Positions 1-11,800 of a stretch of DNA of 64,000 bases are shown here, piece by piece (position 1 is the stretch's first letter; each line of letters opens with the position of its first letter). The notes under the pieces were generated by a model that saw only the letters and a list, made by a program, of their open reading frames with translations, did not search any database and was not told where the DNA came from. The translations under genes and the position numbers were made by a program. The DNA is taken from assembly GCA_973895155.1 (NCBI GenBank), contig OZ316893.1:19720857-19784856 (forward strand). The letters are read 5' to 3'. This DNA is from Marsupella aquatica (lineage: Eukaryota > Plantae > Marchantiophyta).

Positions 1-276
1 GGAGTATTGATTATCTCCTCAGCCCTGGTTGTTCACTTTGGGTTCTGGTTTAATCCTCTCTCCCTCCTGGTCTGGGTCCCTGTCGGATCCCTGGGTATTG
101 TCCCCTTGTGGCTGCCTTACATAGAAATGCATGCTCCAAATCATCCCTGGGTATTGTCCCCTTGTGGCTGCCCTACATAGAAATGCATGCTCCAAAGCAG
201 GACGTCTATCCTCTGTTGTTGGATGGGTCTGCTTTCGGTTTTCAAGGCAAAAAGAACCACACACACACACACACAC
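1..276 (+). mobile_element. 3' tail of a non-LTR retrotransposon ending at a (CA)n tract; contains a ~57-bp direct duplication
   Basis: ATCCCTGGGTATTGTCCCCTTGTGGCTGCC..ACATAGAAATGCATGCTCCAAA occurs twice (87-140, 143-196). It shares AGACCCATCCA and CAAGGGGACAA motifs, in opposite orientation, with the element at ~27550-27600. (CA)n at ~259-276. Confidence 0.45.
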
Positions 277-649
277 AAGCTCTCTCGCAGTGATGGCAGC
301 GATGGCAGTGATGGCACAGAAAGAAGCACAAGTTGAGAGCTTGAGCGAATGGGGCGTACGATGAAGAGAAGTGGGACCAGCCTGATTGAATCTCTCGAAC
401 TCTCAAAGTCACTCGAGCACATGAAAAGAGAACATGGCGAGAGCAAAATAATTGCGCCTCAGCGCGACGATAGTCATCGATGATCGATTATTGGCTGTGC
501 TTCAAATTGCAGGGGAAGATGAATTGACCATGATCAAAGTACCCATCTTGCCTTCTAAGCTCATTATCCGGCCGGTTAATTGCAGGTATCCTGTTCTTCC
601 CTTTTATTTTACATGGAATTAGAGCTTTCTAATCTCTGTTAAATCGTGT

Positions 650-1275
650 TAACATAAGCTACTTCAAGGACTAGAGTAAGGTAGGACTAGAGGTCTGGAG
701 TGAAACCTCTAGACAATATCTCTAAATAAGGACAATATTGAACTCCAATAAATAAGGACAAAGTGGTGAACATAAGCTATTGTACTTCAAGGGCTAGGGT
801 CTAGAGTGAAACTGCTGGACAATAACTCTAAATAAGGACAGAATGAGGGTGAACAAAGAACAAGATGGGCCATATATGAAGGAGAGATAACACGGAATTC
901 TTTCTTGTGCAAGATTTTTTTTGTTTTCATCTTTATTTAGGCTCAATGGTTATCTATATAACTAATGCTAACACAAGCTAGAGTTGGGGCCTTGATTTCT
1001 AGACTGAAAACTCTAGACAGTAATTCTAGATAAAGACAAAACCAACAAGGACAAAGGTGAAAGTGAAACGCATACCAAAAAAGCAGGGATGCGCAAAGAT
1101 GAATGGAAACAACATAGATTCTTTTGCAAACCTTTTTTTGTTTTTGCGTCTTAATTCTATTTATGTTAAGGATGGGTAATCAGGCTAGTTTTTTCTAAGT
1201 GCACAAAGGTTAGCGTCTTAATTCTATTAATGTCAAGGAAGGGTAATCAGGCTAATCTTTTCTAAGTGCACAGAG
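650..1275. repeat. Degenerate direct repeats (TCTAGA-rich, TE-subterminal-like) and a ~67-bp duplication
   Basis: CTAGAGTGAAAC..T.GACA.TA..TCTA.ATAA.GACA variants at ~695, ~800 and ~1000. GCGTCTTAATTCTATT..TG..AAGGA.GGGTAATCAGGCTA..TTTTCTAAGTGCACA occurs twice (1146-1272). A similar CTCTAGA cluster lies at 40530-40600. Confidence 0.6.
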
Positions 1276-1621
1276 TTTTGAAACCATTTTGCTAAAAGAC
1301 AACTTGGTATGCATCTCTCCTTGATATGTGTCTATATACACTTATAGGTAAACACACATTTATTGATAAATGCATGCCTATTCTTAGTAGAGTTAGAAAT
1401 GCACTAAGTGAACTTGGGCACAGAGTTTAGGGCAGGGATACAAGGTATGAGGCTGCTCACTGACGGAAAGGCCCTTACACATTTAACAAAGCTATGTAAC
1501 GATGTACACTTATCAATAAGTGCACTTTTTACGGGTGTGCACTTATCAAAGCACACAACACTTTATTTAGTGCATGCTATATCCGTCTTCTTGAGACCCT
1601 GCACTTAGAGAGAGTCAACAG

Positions 1622-3620
1622 TGTGTTCTGTGCGTGGTCCCCTGGCCCCCGGCGTTCTAAAGGTGGGCACCCGGAACACAGGTTTCTGGCTTCGGCAGTC
1701 GGTACTGTACTCTACTCGATACTGGACGGGTGGGCTGTACCGTGGCATTACGTCGCAGTGAGTTCGGCACGCTGCGAAAGCCCACTCGAGCTATAACTAC
1801 CGTAGATAGCTCTAACTAAACTCGCACAATGCCCAATTTATCACCCTCTCTCACTCTATCGGGGTGCTGCTATAAAGGAATTAAATAACCGATATGGGAT
1901 TCCGCTCCTACAGCGTGCAAGACTGACTGCGCGCCGTAACGTAGCCCAGACCGCTTCACCCTGACTGGCACCTGCACCCTGCTTAACCTAACCCGACCCT
2001 CGGTCCATTGGCAATCAGGCAATGTGAGTGATCACCTGAGGATGGCTTAATCAGGGCTCCGGGGCACTTGCAAATAGTTTTACAAGTAAACTCGAGGGTC
2101 ACTTCTTCTCTAAAGATAGTTCTAAATCTTAATGCCCTTTTTTATTTTCTCCGGCCCTAGGTCTAGATCTGGATCATCTGGATCACCTATTTTGGATGAT
2201 TCTCCTCAAGGGTTAGTTAGAAGAAATAAAAATCACTATGGTCCTGTTTTTGGAGCATTATGGCCAATGCTAGCCCCTCAAATCTCAATCTGAATCTCTG
2301 TTTTTTGGAGGCATTATATCCCAAAGAGTACTTCATTGTATACTGAATGTCTTTAGTGATTTTTCACTTTGTATATTTCAGGGAAATCTGGGAGCATTAT
2401 GTCCCCTCCAGCTATGAATCACCTCTTTAGGAAGATTCTCATATACCTTTAGTAAAGTTAGAAAAAACAAAAATCTTGCGGGCCTTTAAGTGTAGTAAAG
2501 TCCAGTTTCCAAAGCAGTATAGACAATAATAGTCCCTCAAAACTCTAGTAGTGACAGCCCCATTTAGAGTTTAGATGACTCCATAGTAATCCAAAAATAT
2601 AGTAGTTCTGCATTAGTCATCATCGGGTTGACCTCTGCTGCACAGGGCGCCTCTACATACTTGGGGCTCCAAAACCTACTAAATGTTAATTCTGATAAAA
2701 CCCCAACATTTTACTGGATGACTAAACTAATTTCATTTGAGTTGAAAACTGTTTGGTGTGATCTCTCACATTCAAGCTACCCACTGACAAATGTTGGGAT
2801 GTTTTTAGAAAAGCTCTGATGTCGCCGCACACTCGCCGCACACTCGTCATTCATAGTCTTAATACAAAATCCATATTGTATTCACAAATACTAGGAAGCC
2901 ACAGGGCCACGGGGCTTCAGTGCTCCATTGTGGCTAGGTGCTATGGTGCTTGCACGATCCATGAACTACATAGTTATCGTCTACCTACTACACACGACTG
3001 ACCATGGTGTCGGCAGGGTACTCAGTGAACCTGAACTGTATGGTAAAGAGTTTCACAAGAGCATTGTTGTATGGAGTGGGCCCAGAGGTCTATTGGGAGG
3101 GAATCTGAAACTTTAAATCCACTGGGAACTAATCTGCATCATTTGGTCTATTAAGTAGAAAAGTTACATTTGGAGGTCCATTAAATATATCTCTCCTGTA
3201 TGGTATGATAGAATATGGGGGAGACCTTCCATCTACGCACATTTATGGTTAGACATTTTTGTATACACAAACTTGTTGAACTATGACGTCTTCCTTCATG
3301 ACGATCCAATCATTACTTATTTCATGCACACGTAGTCGACACAATCTCTACGTGGTTCACCTCTTCTCTAAGGCTACGTCCACACGAACACTCAAATTTT
3401 ACTTCAAGATTAGACGAACACACATGCTCTCCCTCTTCCTCAAGTTGCTCCGTTACAATGAGTAAGCACCACACACCAACGGCTTACACTAGCCCTGGTA
3501 TATACAAAGTTACGCACGACTAACCCAACCTCAGCTAAGACCCTAGCTGTGGTTAGCCTAAGTGTCGTAACCTTTGAGTCACAAGACTAAGAGCAATCCT
3601 TAACAAAACTCTTTGCAAAC
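1622..3620 (-). mobile_element. Nested LTR-like fragments
   Basis: Two GC-richer blocks start with TGT (~1622, ~2820). On the minus strand each shows a TATA-like box followed by GA-rich R-like sequence (~1875 and ~3500). No matching TSDs were found. Confidence 0.3.
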
Positions 3621-5554
3621 CCTAAATTGGACCAGATGATAGCATGTAATTAGCATAAGGCAATAATATATGGGCTAAATTCATCCTTAAAGGTACATGT
3701 TGTAAACAATTCAGCAATAAGTATCAGAAAGATCTCCTCGTAGTCGCATTAGGTCTAATTCTCTATGAGTTCATTTAGAGTAGTGTTTTAGATGTAATGT
3801 AAACCTAGCCTGCTTGAAATATCCTTGCTATATAAATAATTATTTTAAGTTTGACCTGGCCTAATTATCAATTCTAATTATCATCCTTGACCTATCTTAG
3901 TTTATAGATTGTAGCTATTTGGGAGTATTCTTCATATTGTGTTTACAAAGCCACATTTTTGTTCCAGCTCTTTATAAAAGGTTATCACATTCAAATGCAG
4001 TCCTATTGTGGACTGCATGTGGTTTTGCATGGAGGTCAGTTAGCAATTGAGAAGAGAGTGGATTGGCTTTACCTTCAGGAAGTTGGAAGGCCACATCAAG
4101 TTTGAGCATACATGTATCTTCCTCCCTTGTTCCAAAACAACATCAAAATTTAGATAAGTGCAGATTCTAACTACCATAGTGGACATGCTCATACACATGT
4201 ATGGTGCAGCACAATGACAAATCAACCAGGTAAGACCTAAATTGAAGAGTAGTTTTTCTAGTGATTTCTTATCATCTTGTAACAAGAATTGACAATCAAC
4301 TCAAGGAGCTCAACTTACTCTTCAATCAGCTTGAAGCCTAAACTTGTCATCAGTTGCGGCCAAATATGGTCAAGCTAGATTGTGGAATCATGATCAATCT
4401 GTACTGATCTGCTTGAAACTATGTTCCCTTAAGTCATTCATAGATGAAGCTGGCTTGTCAATAACTACTCAGGCGTACCTTGTTTCAAAAGATATACTTA
4501 ACTTCTACCTCCTTTTGTGTGCTCTAGGATGCTGGCTAGCTGAAAAATCACACAGCCATATCATGGCAAGTTTCTCACTCTTGCTCTATGAAATGTGACA
4601 GGAGTACTCAATAGGGCTTGCAGTGAGGTCAAACAAACACTTGTTCTAAGATAGAGCTAATACCAACTAGACTCATGGTATTCTGAACTACAGCGGACCC
4701 ATTGTATTGTTTGTTTATTGATTTCCTTTGCAACTTTGGGCAAATTTTTGTTTGGTGTTCAGTTCTCTTTGCTTCATTCAAAGTTGACCTTATCTCTCAT
4801 GACTGCCTCCCCCTTGTTCCCAAGCCTAACGAATGAATGCTCTAGCAAAAAAAAATTCTCATGTCAGTCTGTCCTACAAGTGAACTATAGAAGTAGGGGG
4901 AGTGCTAGAAGAGTTGAGGGCGTCCTACTTGATCTGCATTTCTTTTGTCTTCAGCTTCAGCTTTATGTCTCAATTTTGTCTTAACAAATGTCTTTGTTTT
5001 GGATTAGTTTGAGCTTCTTTTTTGGTGCTCAGGCACTGGTACTGCTCGCTGTTTTGCATTGAGCGAGGTGCCCTTTGCTTGTATAAAAGCCTCTGCCAAA
5101 TGAACAAAAGGCCTTTACTCTTTGTGTCCAAAATTGAAGATCTTCTAGCAGCTCCAAAATCAAACTACTTGTGCTTCAACAAAATCTGAGAGCCCTTCCT
5201 TATAGTACTGCATAGTTTTTGAGTGGTCAATCACTGTTTTGCTGGTGGCATCTAACATGGGGAATCATTAAATGGCTCATTTCTTTGTATATTTGGGAGA
5301 TAGCTGAGCTAACCACTAAATAATGTGTTTTTCACTATTCACCATAAGATCCTATCTGGCTTCTACTTTTTGGAGCTCCACCTTTGCCAAAATGCTTGGA
5401 TTGATAGACTCTGGCGAGTGGGATGTCTTGCAGTGAAACAGTCTTTTCAGCTCATATATAATTATGGTACACATACATGGATGAGTGAAATGCGGTAAGG
5501 CATTTTTTGAATTTTGTAGCTCTTAGTTCGCCATGAAATTTGACAATGTTAGGC

Positions 5555-5870
5555 ACATTGGAATTTTTTTTCTAAGGCAATTCTAACAAACCCCAGAAGA
5601 GCCAGTTCCATCAATCAATGGAGATCCTGAATGCCAAATTTTGCTTAGAAACTTTTGGAAGCAGGAGTTGTGGATACTTAGTGATTGAGTAATCTTTAGA
5701 AATTCATTGTTCTTGCAAGTCTGAATGGGAACTAGCTATGGTAGATTTGTTGGAGATCTCTCCAAACCAATTACAATGAACCCAAGAACAGCTGATTCCA
5801 TCGGAGATCAAGAGAAATATTGAATGTCAAAGTTTAATTGCTGCCAGAAAGTTTTTGGAAACAGTAAGGG
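5555..5870. repeat. Old dispersed repeat, copy 1 (related copy at ~32005-32300)
   Basis: Colinear shared words TTGGAA..TTCTAACAAA..CTGAATG.CAAA..TGTGGA.A.TT.AGTGAT.GAGT.ATCTTT..AAATTCAT..GTTGGA.AGATCT.TCCAA occur in both places. Confidence 0.6.
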
Positions 5871-8418
5871 GTGTCAATGAGAGAGTGTGTCATGGATCAA
5901 GGAGTTGCATGGTTCATAGGCTCGGTCCATCTGGGCTTCAATTTCCAGCTAAACAGTTTTCTATTAAAACAAAGGAAAGTAATGGTTTAGTTAATTAGAT
6001 AAGTTTTGCTTAATCATATTGATATTTTGAAGTGTTTAATTTTTGGAGCCATGAGCTCATATGTGATCTCTTTCCAAGCTTCTTACTCACATAAGCTACT
6101 AAATTTGTGTGGGATCAAGAAGCAAGTGCATGTTATTTAGGATGATATTGAGTTAGAGTAACCAAGTTTGGACTTTTATTGCCTAGAGAGGCATGGCTGT
6201 GTTGTAGTTCCCTTGAGTTGATACTCATAGGTCTAGTTGATACTCATAGGTCTAGAGTTCAAATGTTATGGCTGAGTATTCCCTTTCTGTGGGGTTTCAC
6301 AGATTTTCCCTTCAAATAATGTTAAGAAGTTTGGACTTTTATAAAAGTGCCATTTCAGTATCCCATCCAAATTCAAAGGCTTTTTGGGTGGATATTAATT
6401 CAGGCGCATGAATCATTGACCAAGAATATATGAAGGGGGTGAAAGTGATATTTACTGAAATATGGAGATTGAATCCATCAAGTCCCCATTGATGGGCTAT
6501 AACATTTGGTTCAGAGGACTTGGATGGACCATATGTTTGTGAAATTAATATGCATCATGTAAATTATATACATTTAGCAAATATAATTAATAATTATTGA
6601 TAATCACCAACATTTAACATAGATTAGCCTGAATACCCGAGTCTGTTCATAAATAACATGGTGAGCATTTCATGCCCAATTTCTAGTTCCACTCCTCACC
6701 TTAGGTGTGCCCCCGAGTCATGTTCTAGAGAAAATTTGGATCAGGCTTTCAGATAATTATTGTGAATCACTAAGATCTTCATTAGGTAAGAGGGAAGCGA
6801 ATGGGTAATCGCCACACACTCAACAAACAAAGAGATTCTCAACTCGTGGCCAGGCCAGACCAAACCATTGTCGTTAACACATGCATTCTGGGCGATTGGA
6901 TAAAAAGCGTCCCAAAAGCTTCGCTTTCTAGCAGTGCAGTAGTAAGTGCAGCGTTCGGAATTTCGGATGCCACACAATTGCAAAAATGTCATCGAAAGTA
7001 TGGGCCCAGACCTTTCTTTCCACTAGGCGCTGATTAAATTAACGGTCCGGATCTCGCACATCATTCCGCCAAAGCGCTCCCCAAGACGTCCCTTCGGCAC
7101 TCTCGTTACTGTACGTCACTGTCCCAGGACGCAACTTACTAAGTGTAACGTGACGAACACAGTAGTAGTAAAGCTTCCTTGTCATTGCCGAACACCAGAA
7201 CAGAGGCTCTGATCACATGATCTCAACTCCGGTCATGGAGGTGGGTCTGGCTGGCTCGGTCTGAGTCTCTGAGAGGGAGGGGAGCGAATATGGCGCGAGA
7301 GAAACGACGGCCGTTGGGCGAAGCACTGATGAGACCGTCGGCCGTCGAAACGGCAGCCGTGACCGGTGATGAGGAGGGCGTTGTGGACAAGCGATTGGAT
7401 CATTGGAGGGACGGCGGGGTGCCGTCGACGGTGGAACTCGCGGGTGGATGGGAGGACGTGCGAGGAAGGTGCGCCGTGCCGGGAGAGCCGGTACGACGAC
7501 AGGGCATGGCAAGGAGCGCAGCGGCGATGGAGAAAACAAGCAACCGAACGAACGAGGCTGCTGACAGGGTAGCCAGCATGCTACTACTACTACTACTACT
7601 ACTATACACTACTACTGGATTGGGGTTGAGCCTCAACAGGCGAGCAAGCAGGCCGAGGCAGCATAGCTAGAGTAGTAGTGCCGTAGGGAAGTGCGATCCG
7701 GGGAGAAGAGAAGAGAAGAGAAGAGGAGGGGAGCAATGGTGGTGATGGAGTGATGACCTATCTTGCGAGAGAGAAAGAGTTTCTTCGTCGCGGCTGCGGA
7801 ATACGGGGTTCGCGCATCTCCTTGCATCTTGCGTGAGGGTCGGGGGGTGACGAACAAGCAAAAACTGGTGGGCTACAGTGGGGATGGAATGGTACGAAGC
7901 GAGCGAGTGAGTGAGCGAGCGAGCAAGCGAGCTGGCAGCCGGTGAGAGGTGATGTGTTGTGCCGCGATTCGTAGCGAGAGGCTAGAATAATAGAAGGAAG
8001 GAGAGAGGAGGGTGAGAGGCGAAGGGGGGGGCGGGGTAGGGGGGGGTTTCAGGCAAGAGGGACGAGCATCATCATGATCATCGCACGCACAGGCGTAGTG
8101 GCAGAGCAGAGAGACGCAAGAGTGAGATAGGAGTGGGACGGAGAGATGGAAAGGTGGCTTGGATTATCCATGTCGTTGACGGATGGGGCCTGTATTTAGC
8201 GATTTGCATTTGACTGATGACTTTAGCTGCCTGGTTGAATGACTTAGTGTGACGGTGTGGTGTTCGCGCTACAGAGCTTTTTTGGAGCCTGCAAGCGCAT
8301 ACAAGGAGCGCGATGCACTACTGGTCCGTTTGTTTGTTGTCTGTGCGGTGCGTTGCGTTGGCTCACGGCAGTATACTGTAGTAGGCAACCAGGGAGGAAG
8401 GGACGGAGGGAAGCGACT

Positions 8419-8419
<1 letters not shown>

Positions 8420-8462
<43 letters not shown>
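8420..8462. repeat. (GA)n microsatellite in the KDM5 leader/promoter
   Basis: About 21 perfect GA units; potential BBR/BPC GAGA element (inference). Confidence 0.9.
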
Positions 8463-8465
<3 letters not shown>

Positions 8466-8812
8466 GGTGCCAAGGTTGAGTGCAGGGGGGAGAGCGCCGA
8501 GACAAGGGAGAGCACAGAGACAGGGGAAGTCAGCTGTGCGGATCGAGACGTGGAGGACGATGGCAGAAGGAGGAGATGCAGCAGTGGAATTGATGCGGAT
8601 ATGTTAGGGTCCTCGCAGGAGTGGTGGGCGGGTCAGAATGCTAGTGAATTTGGGTCGGAAGTCTCTCTTCCATTGCATTCCGGGGGTGCCGAAATTGCAT
8701 CCGTTCGCAGAGGGGCTCAATTGCAAGCAATTCGGCTGGTTTTCACGAAGCTGGAAACGAGGAAGAGTGGTTAACGTGCAGGGTGGTCGGCGTAGGAAAT
8801 TAACTTATAAGA

Positions 8813-11800
8813 ATGGGTAGGGGACGGCGGAAATCTGAATCTGTGCGACAGGGCCAGGATGTAGGAACTGCGGAGGTGAAACTGGAAGGAGGTATAGGGG
8901 CATTTGGCCTGCAAGAAGCTCCGGCGTTTTTCCCTACTGAGGAAGAATTCGAAAACCCTCTGCGTTACATTGCGCAAATTCGGCCACAGGCAGAACCTTA
9001 CGGTATATGCCGCATTGTACCGCCAAATTCGTGGAATCCACCGTTTGGGCTAGACACTGTTAATTTCAGGTTCCCTACTAAACTACAAGCCATACATCAC
9101 CTGCAAGAAAGGCCCGCGGCATGTGATGCTGACACTTTCAAGCTAGAATATGTTAGATTCTTGAGAAAGACAGGAGAACCTGTCGAACGCTGGCCGTCTT
9201 TGGACGGAGTGGAAGTAGATTTGTGCAAATTGTTCAATGCAGTGAAGCGACATGGCGGTCATGAAAAAGTTACATTGGAAAACAGATGGGTGGAAGTTGT
9301 GCGCATGGTGATGACAGGAGCCAAGGATGTGCTGGCCTCCAGCTCGACTTCGTCAACATTGCGCCAGCTTTACGAGAAACATTTGGCCACTTTCGAGGTG
9401 TACCAGACGAAGGTCGGGGCGGGGAAGCGCTTTAGAAGAAAATCGAAGCCGGAAGCGAAGGCAGAAGTGAAAGAGGAAGCGAAGGAGGACGTGAAGGAGG
9501 AAGCTAAGGGGGAAGTGAAGGGGGAAGTGAAGGAGGAAGTGAAGGAGGAAGTGAAGCAGGAAGTGAAGCAGGAGAAACATGAGTCAACAGAGAAACTCGC
9601 AGAGAAACAGAGTAGGCCTAGAAGAGGAGGAAGGAGGCGGCAATCTGGTGGCGGTGTTGATCTCGATGTGTCTGGAAACAGTGAGAAAGGTGAGTCTGCC
9701 GAAAACGAGTTATTCGAAGTTTTGCGCCCTGCTCCAGAGGCAGATACTCGCCCCCAACCGAAGCGGCGGGGGAGGAGACGTCTATCGTGCGGTGAAGCAG
9801 ACCTCGAGGATTTGAATGAACCATTACTCCGTCCTCCGGTGGACATTGAGAGGCGCTCTCAAGCAAATCCGCCAGCTCAACGGAAGCGCCGAAAAACGGG
9901 AGAAAAATTTGCGGTTCCAGGTGAGGGTTTGGGAAGAACTGACCAAATTTGCGAGCAATGTCACAGCGGAGCCCATGAGCAATTGATGCTTCTGTGTGAT
10001 CGTTGTGATCGTGGCTGGCACCTTTATTGTCTCTCGCCCCCACTCTCCACCGTGCCTGTGGGTAACTGGTACTGCCTCGAATGTCTAGCCTCTGAGAGTG
10101 AGAGTTTCGGCTTTGGCCAGGGTCAAGAATATTCGTTCGACTCGTTCCGACGCATGGCCGATCGATTCAAACGGAAATGGGTTGGGACACGGCCTTCAAG
10201 CTATGCCGACTTAGAGCAGGAGTTCTGGCGGGTTGTAGAAGGAGGAACGGCTCCCGTTGAGGTTCTCTATGGTAGTGATCTAGACACCGGTGTTTATGGA
10301 AGTGGTTTTCCTCGGGCCGCCGACCCTGTTCCGGCCTGGACTACCGCTGACGCTTGGGATGCTGGTGCGAGGAACCCGTGGAATGTCAACAATTTTCCTA
10401 AGCTGCAGGGCTCTATGCTTCGTCTCGTGCATGATAATATTCCTGGAGTCATGGTGCCTTGGCTATACATTGGGATGCTATTCTCCTCTTTCTGCTGGCA
10501 CTACGAGGATCATTGCTTCTACTCGGTCAACTATCTGCACTGGTATTCATCCTTTCCTTGTCTCTCCCCCTCTGGCCCCGCTCGTTCATGGGTGTCTGAC
10601 CGAAGGTCACCCAAACGCATCTCCACCCCTATGTGTTTTCGGTTACTCAAACACATGAAACTCTCTGTACATATGTCTTTTTGTCTCTTCCATGCATGAC
10701 TCCGATGTGCCGCCCAAAGGCTATTGGAGACGCTGTCGAAAACGATTGCTCTCTCTCCGTCTCTCTCTCTCTCCCTCCCACAGGAAGACGCGCAGTCTCA
10801 CACTTGAATATATACACCGTCTTTGATAAACAATCGCTTAGCGGATTGACAGATCTGGTGAGCACAAGAGACCAGACCCTGTGCTCACGAGTATTGTTCA
10901 TCACAAGAAAGCTTGGTTCATGGACACAGACATGTGTACTGCTCTTTTGTTTTCAGATCTGCCCTCAGAATACATACACACGAACACACTTTTGAACATA
11001 TGTATGAACACACCCTTCTGTACACTGATGTTTAACCACGTAGCGGATATGTACATACTAACACTAGAGATCAGGCCTTACCTTACCGAGTAAAACTCGT
11101 CAGGGGTGAGGCGAAAGCATGGCTGGTGGACAACTACACGTTTACGGCTCTTTTGCTGTTATTTATTAGATCTACCGTCAGAAACCACACACACACACGA
11201 CCTTATATGCCACCAAACAGATACAGATACATGAACGTCAACACCCACGAAGATGAAATAATACACATGCAGGATAACAGTAGTTCAGGCACTTCGTTCC
11301 AGGGTACTACTTATCACCAGATACTTTTGTCGATGAAAACGGACACTTCTGCTCTTTAGTTGTCAGATCTACCCGCCAAGGGATATTTTCTTACTCCTTG
11401 ATGTCTATCGTGCCGACTGCTTTGTTATCAAAAGCTGATCCAAGACTGAGAGGTTCTTTGACCTCTCAGGTCAAGCAGACGATGGATTCGTTTCTTCCCG
11501 ACTTGGTTTATTCCTAGGTTCGCCGGTAGGGTATTGTTCCATTTCGCTAGCGGAGAAGGACGGAACCGTTTAGTGTTTGTTAAGTCTCGATTAGCGTGTT
11601 GTCGTTATTCGATTCCCCAGCATCAACCCGACGACGTCTTTCTTGTCTCTACTATCTTGCTTTCAGAGCCCGCACCTTGTCCTCCGGACTCTACAGATCT
11701 GCTTCTCCTGTAGTCTTATGATCAGTGGGCCTTTGGACTTCGGTGCCAAGGAGCCTTCGCTGGGCTTGAACTAACGCCGGTTCGACGTTTGTTTTCGTTA

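Noticed and set aside
2812-2821. GCTCTGAT resembling the reverse tRNA-iMet primer-binding site (TGGTATCAGAGC)
   Set aside because: Only 8 nt match and the essential ACCA/TGGT is missing.
3950-5500. Possible decayed transposase on the minus strand
   Set aside because: Coding-like composition, but no diagnostic motif could be identified by eye.
9353-9846. Antisense ORFs with FLLH / TSSF repeats
   Set aside because: Shadows of the 12-bp coding minisatellite on the opposite strand.
10543-10699. C-terminal tail of the 628-aa ORF in the ORF track
   Set aside because: Read-through into intron 1; the JmjC domain continues at 12194 after the GT at 10543.
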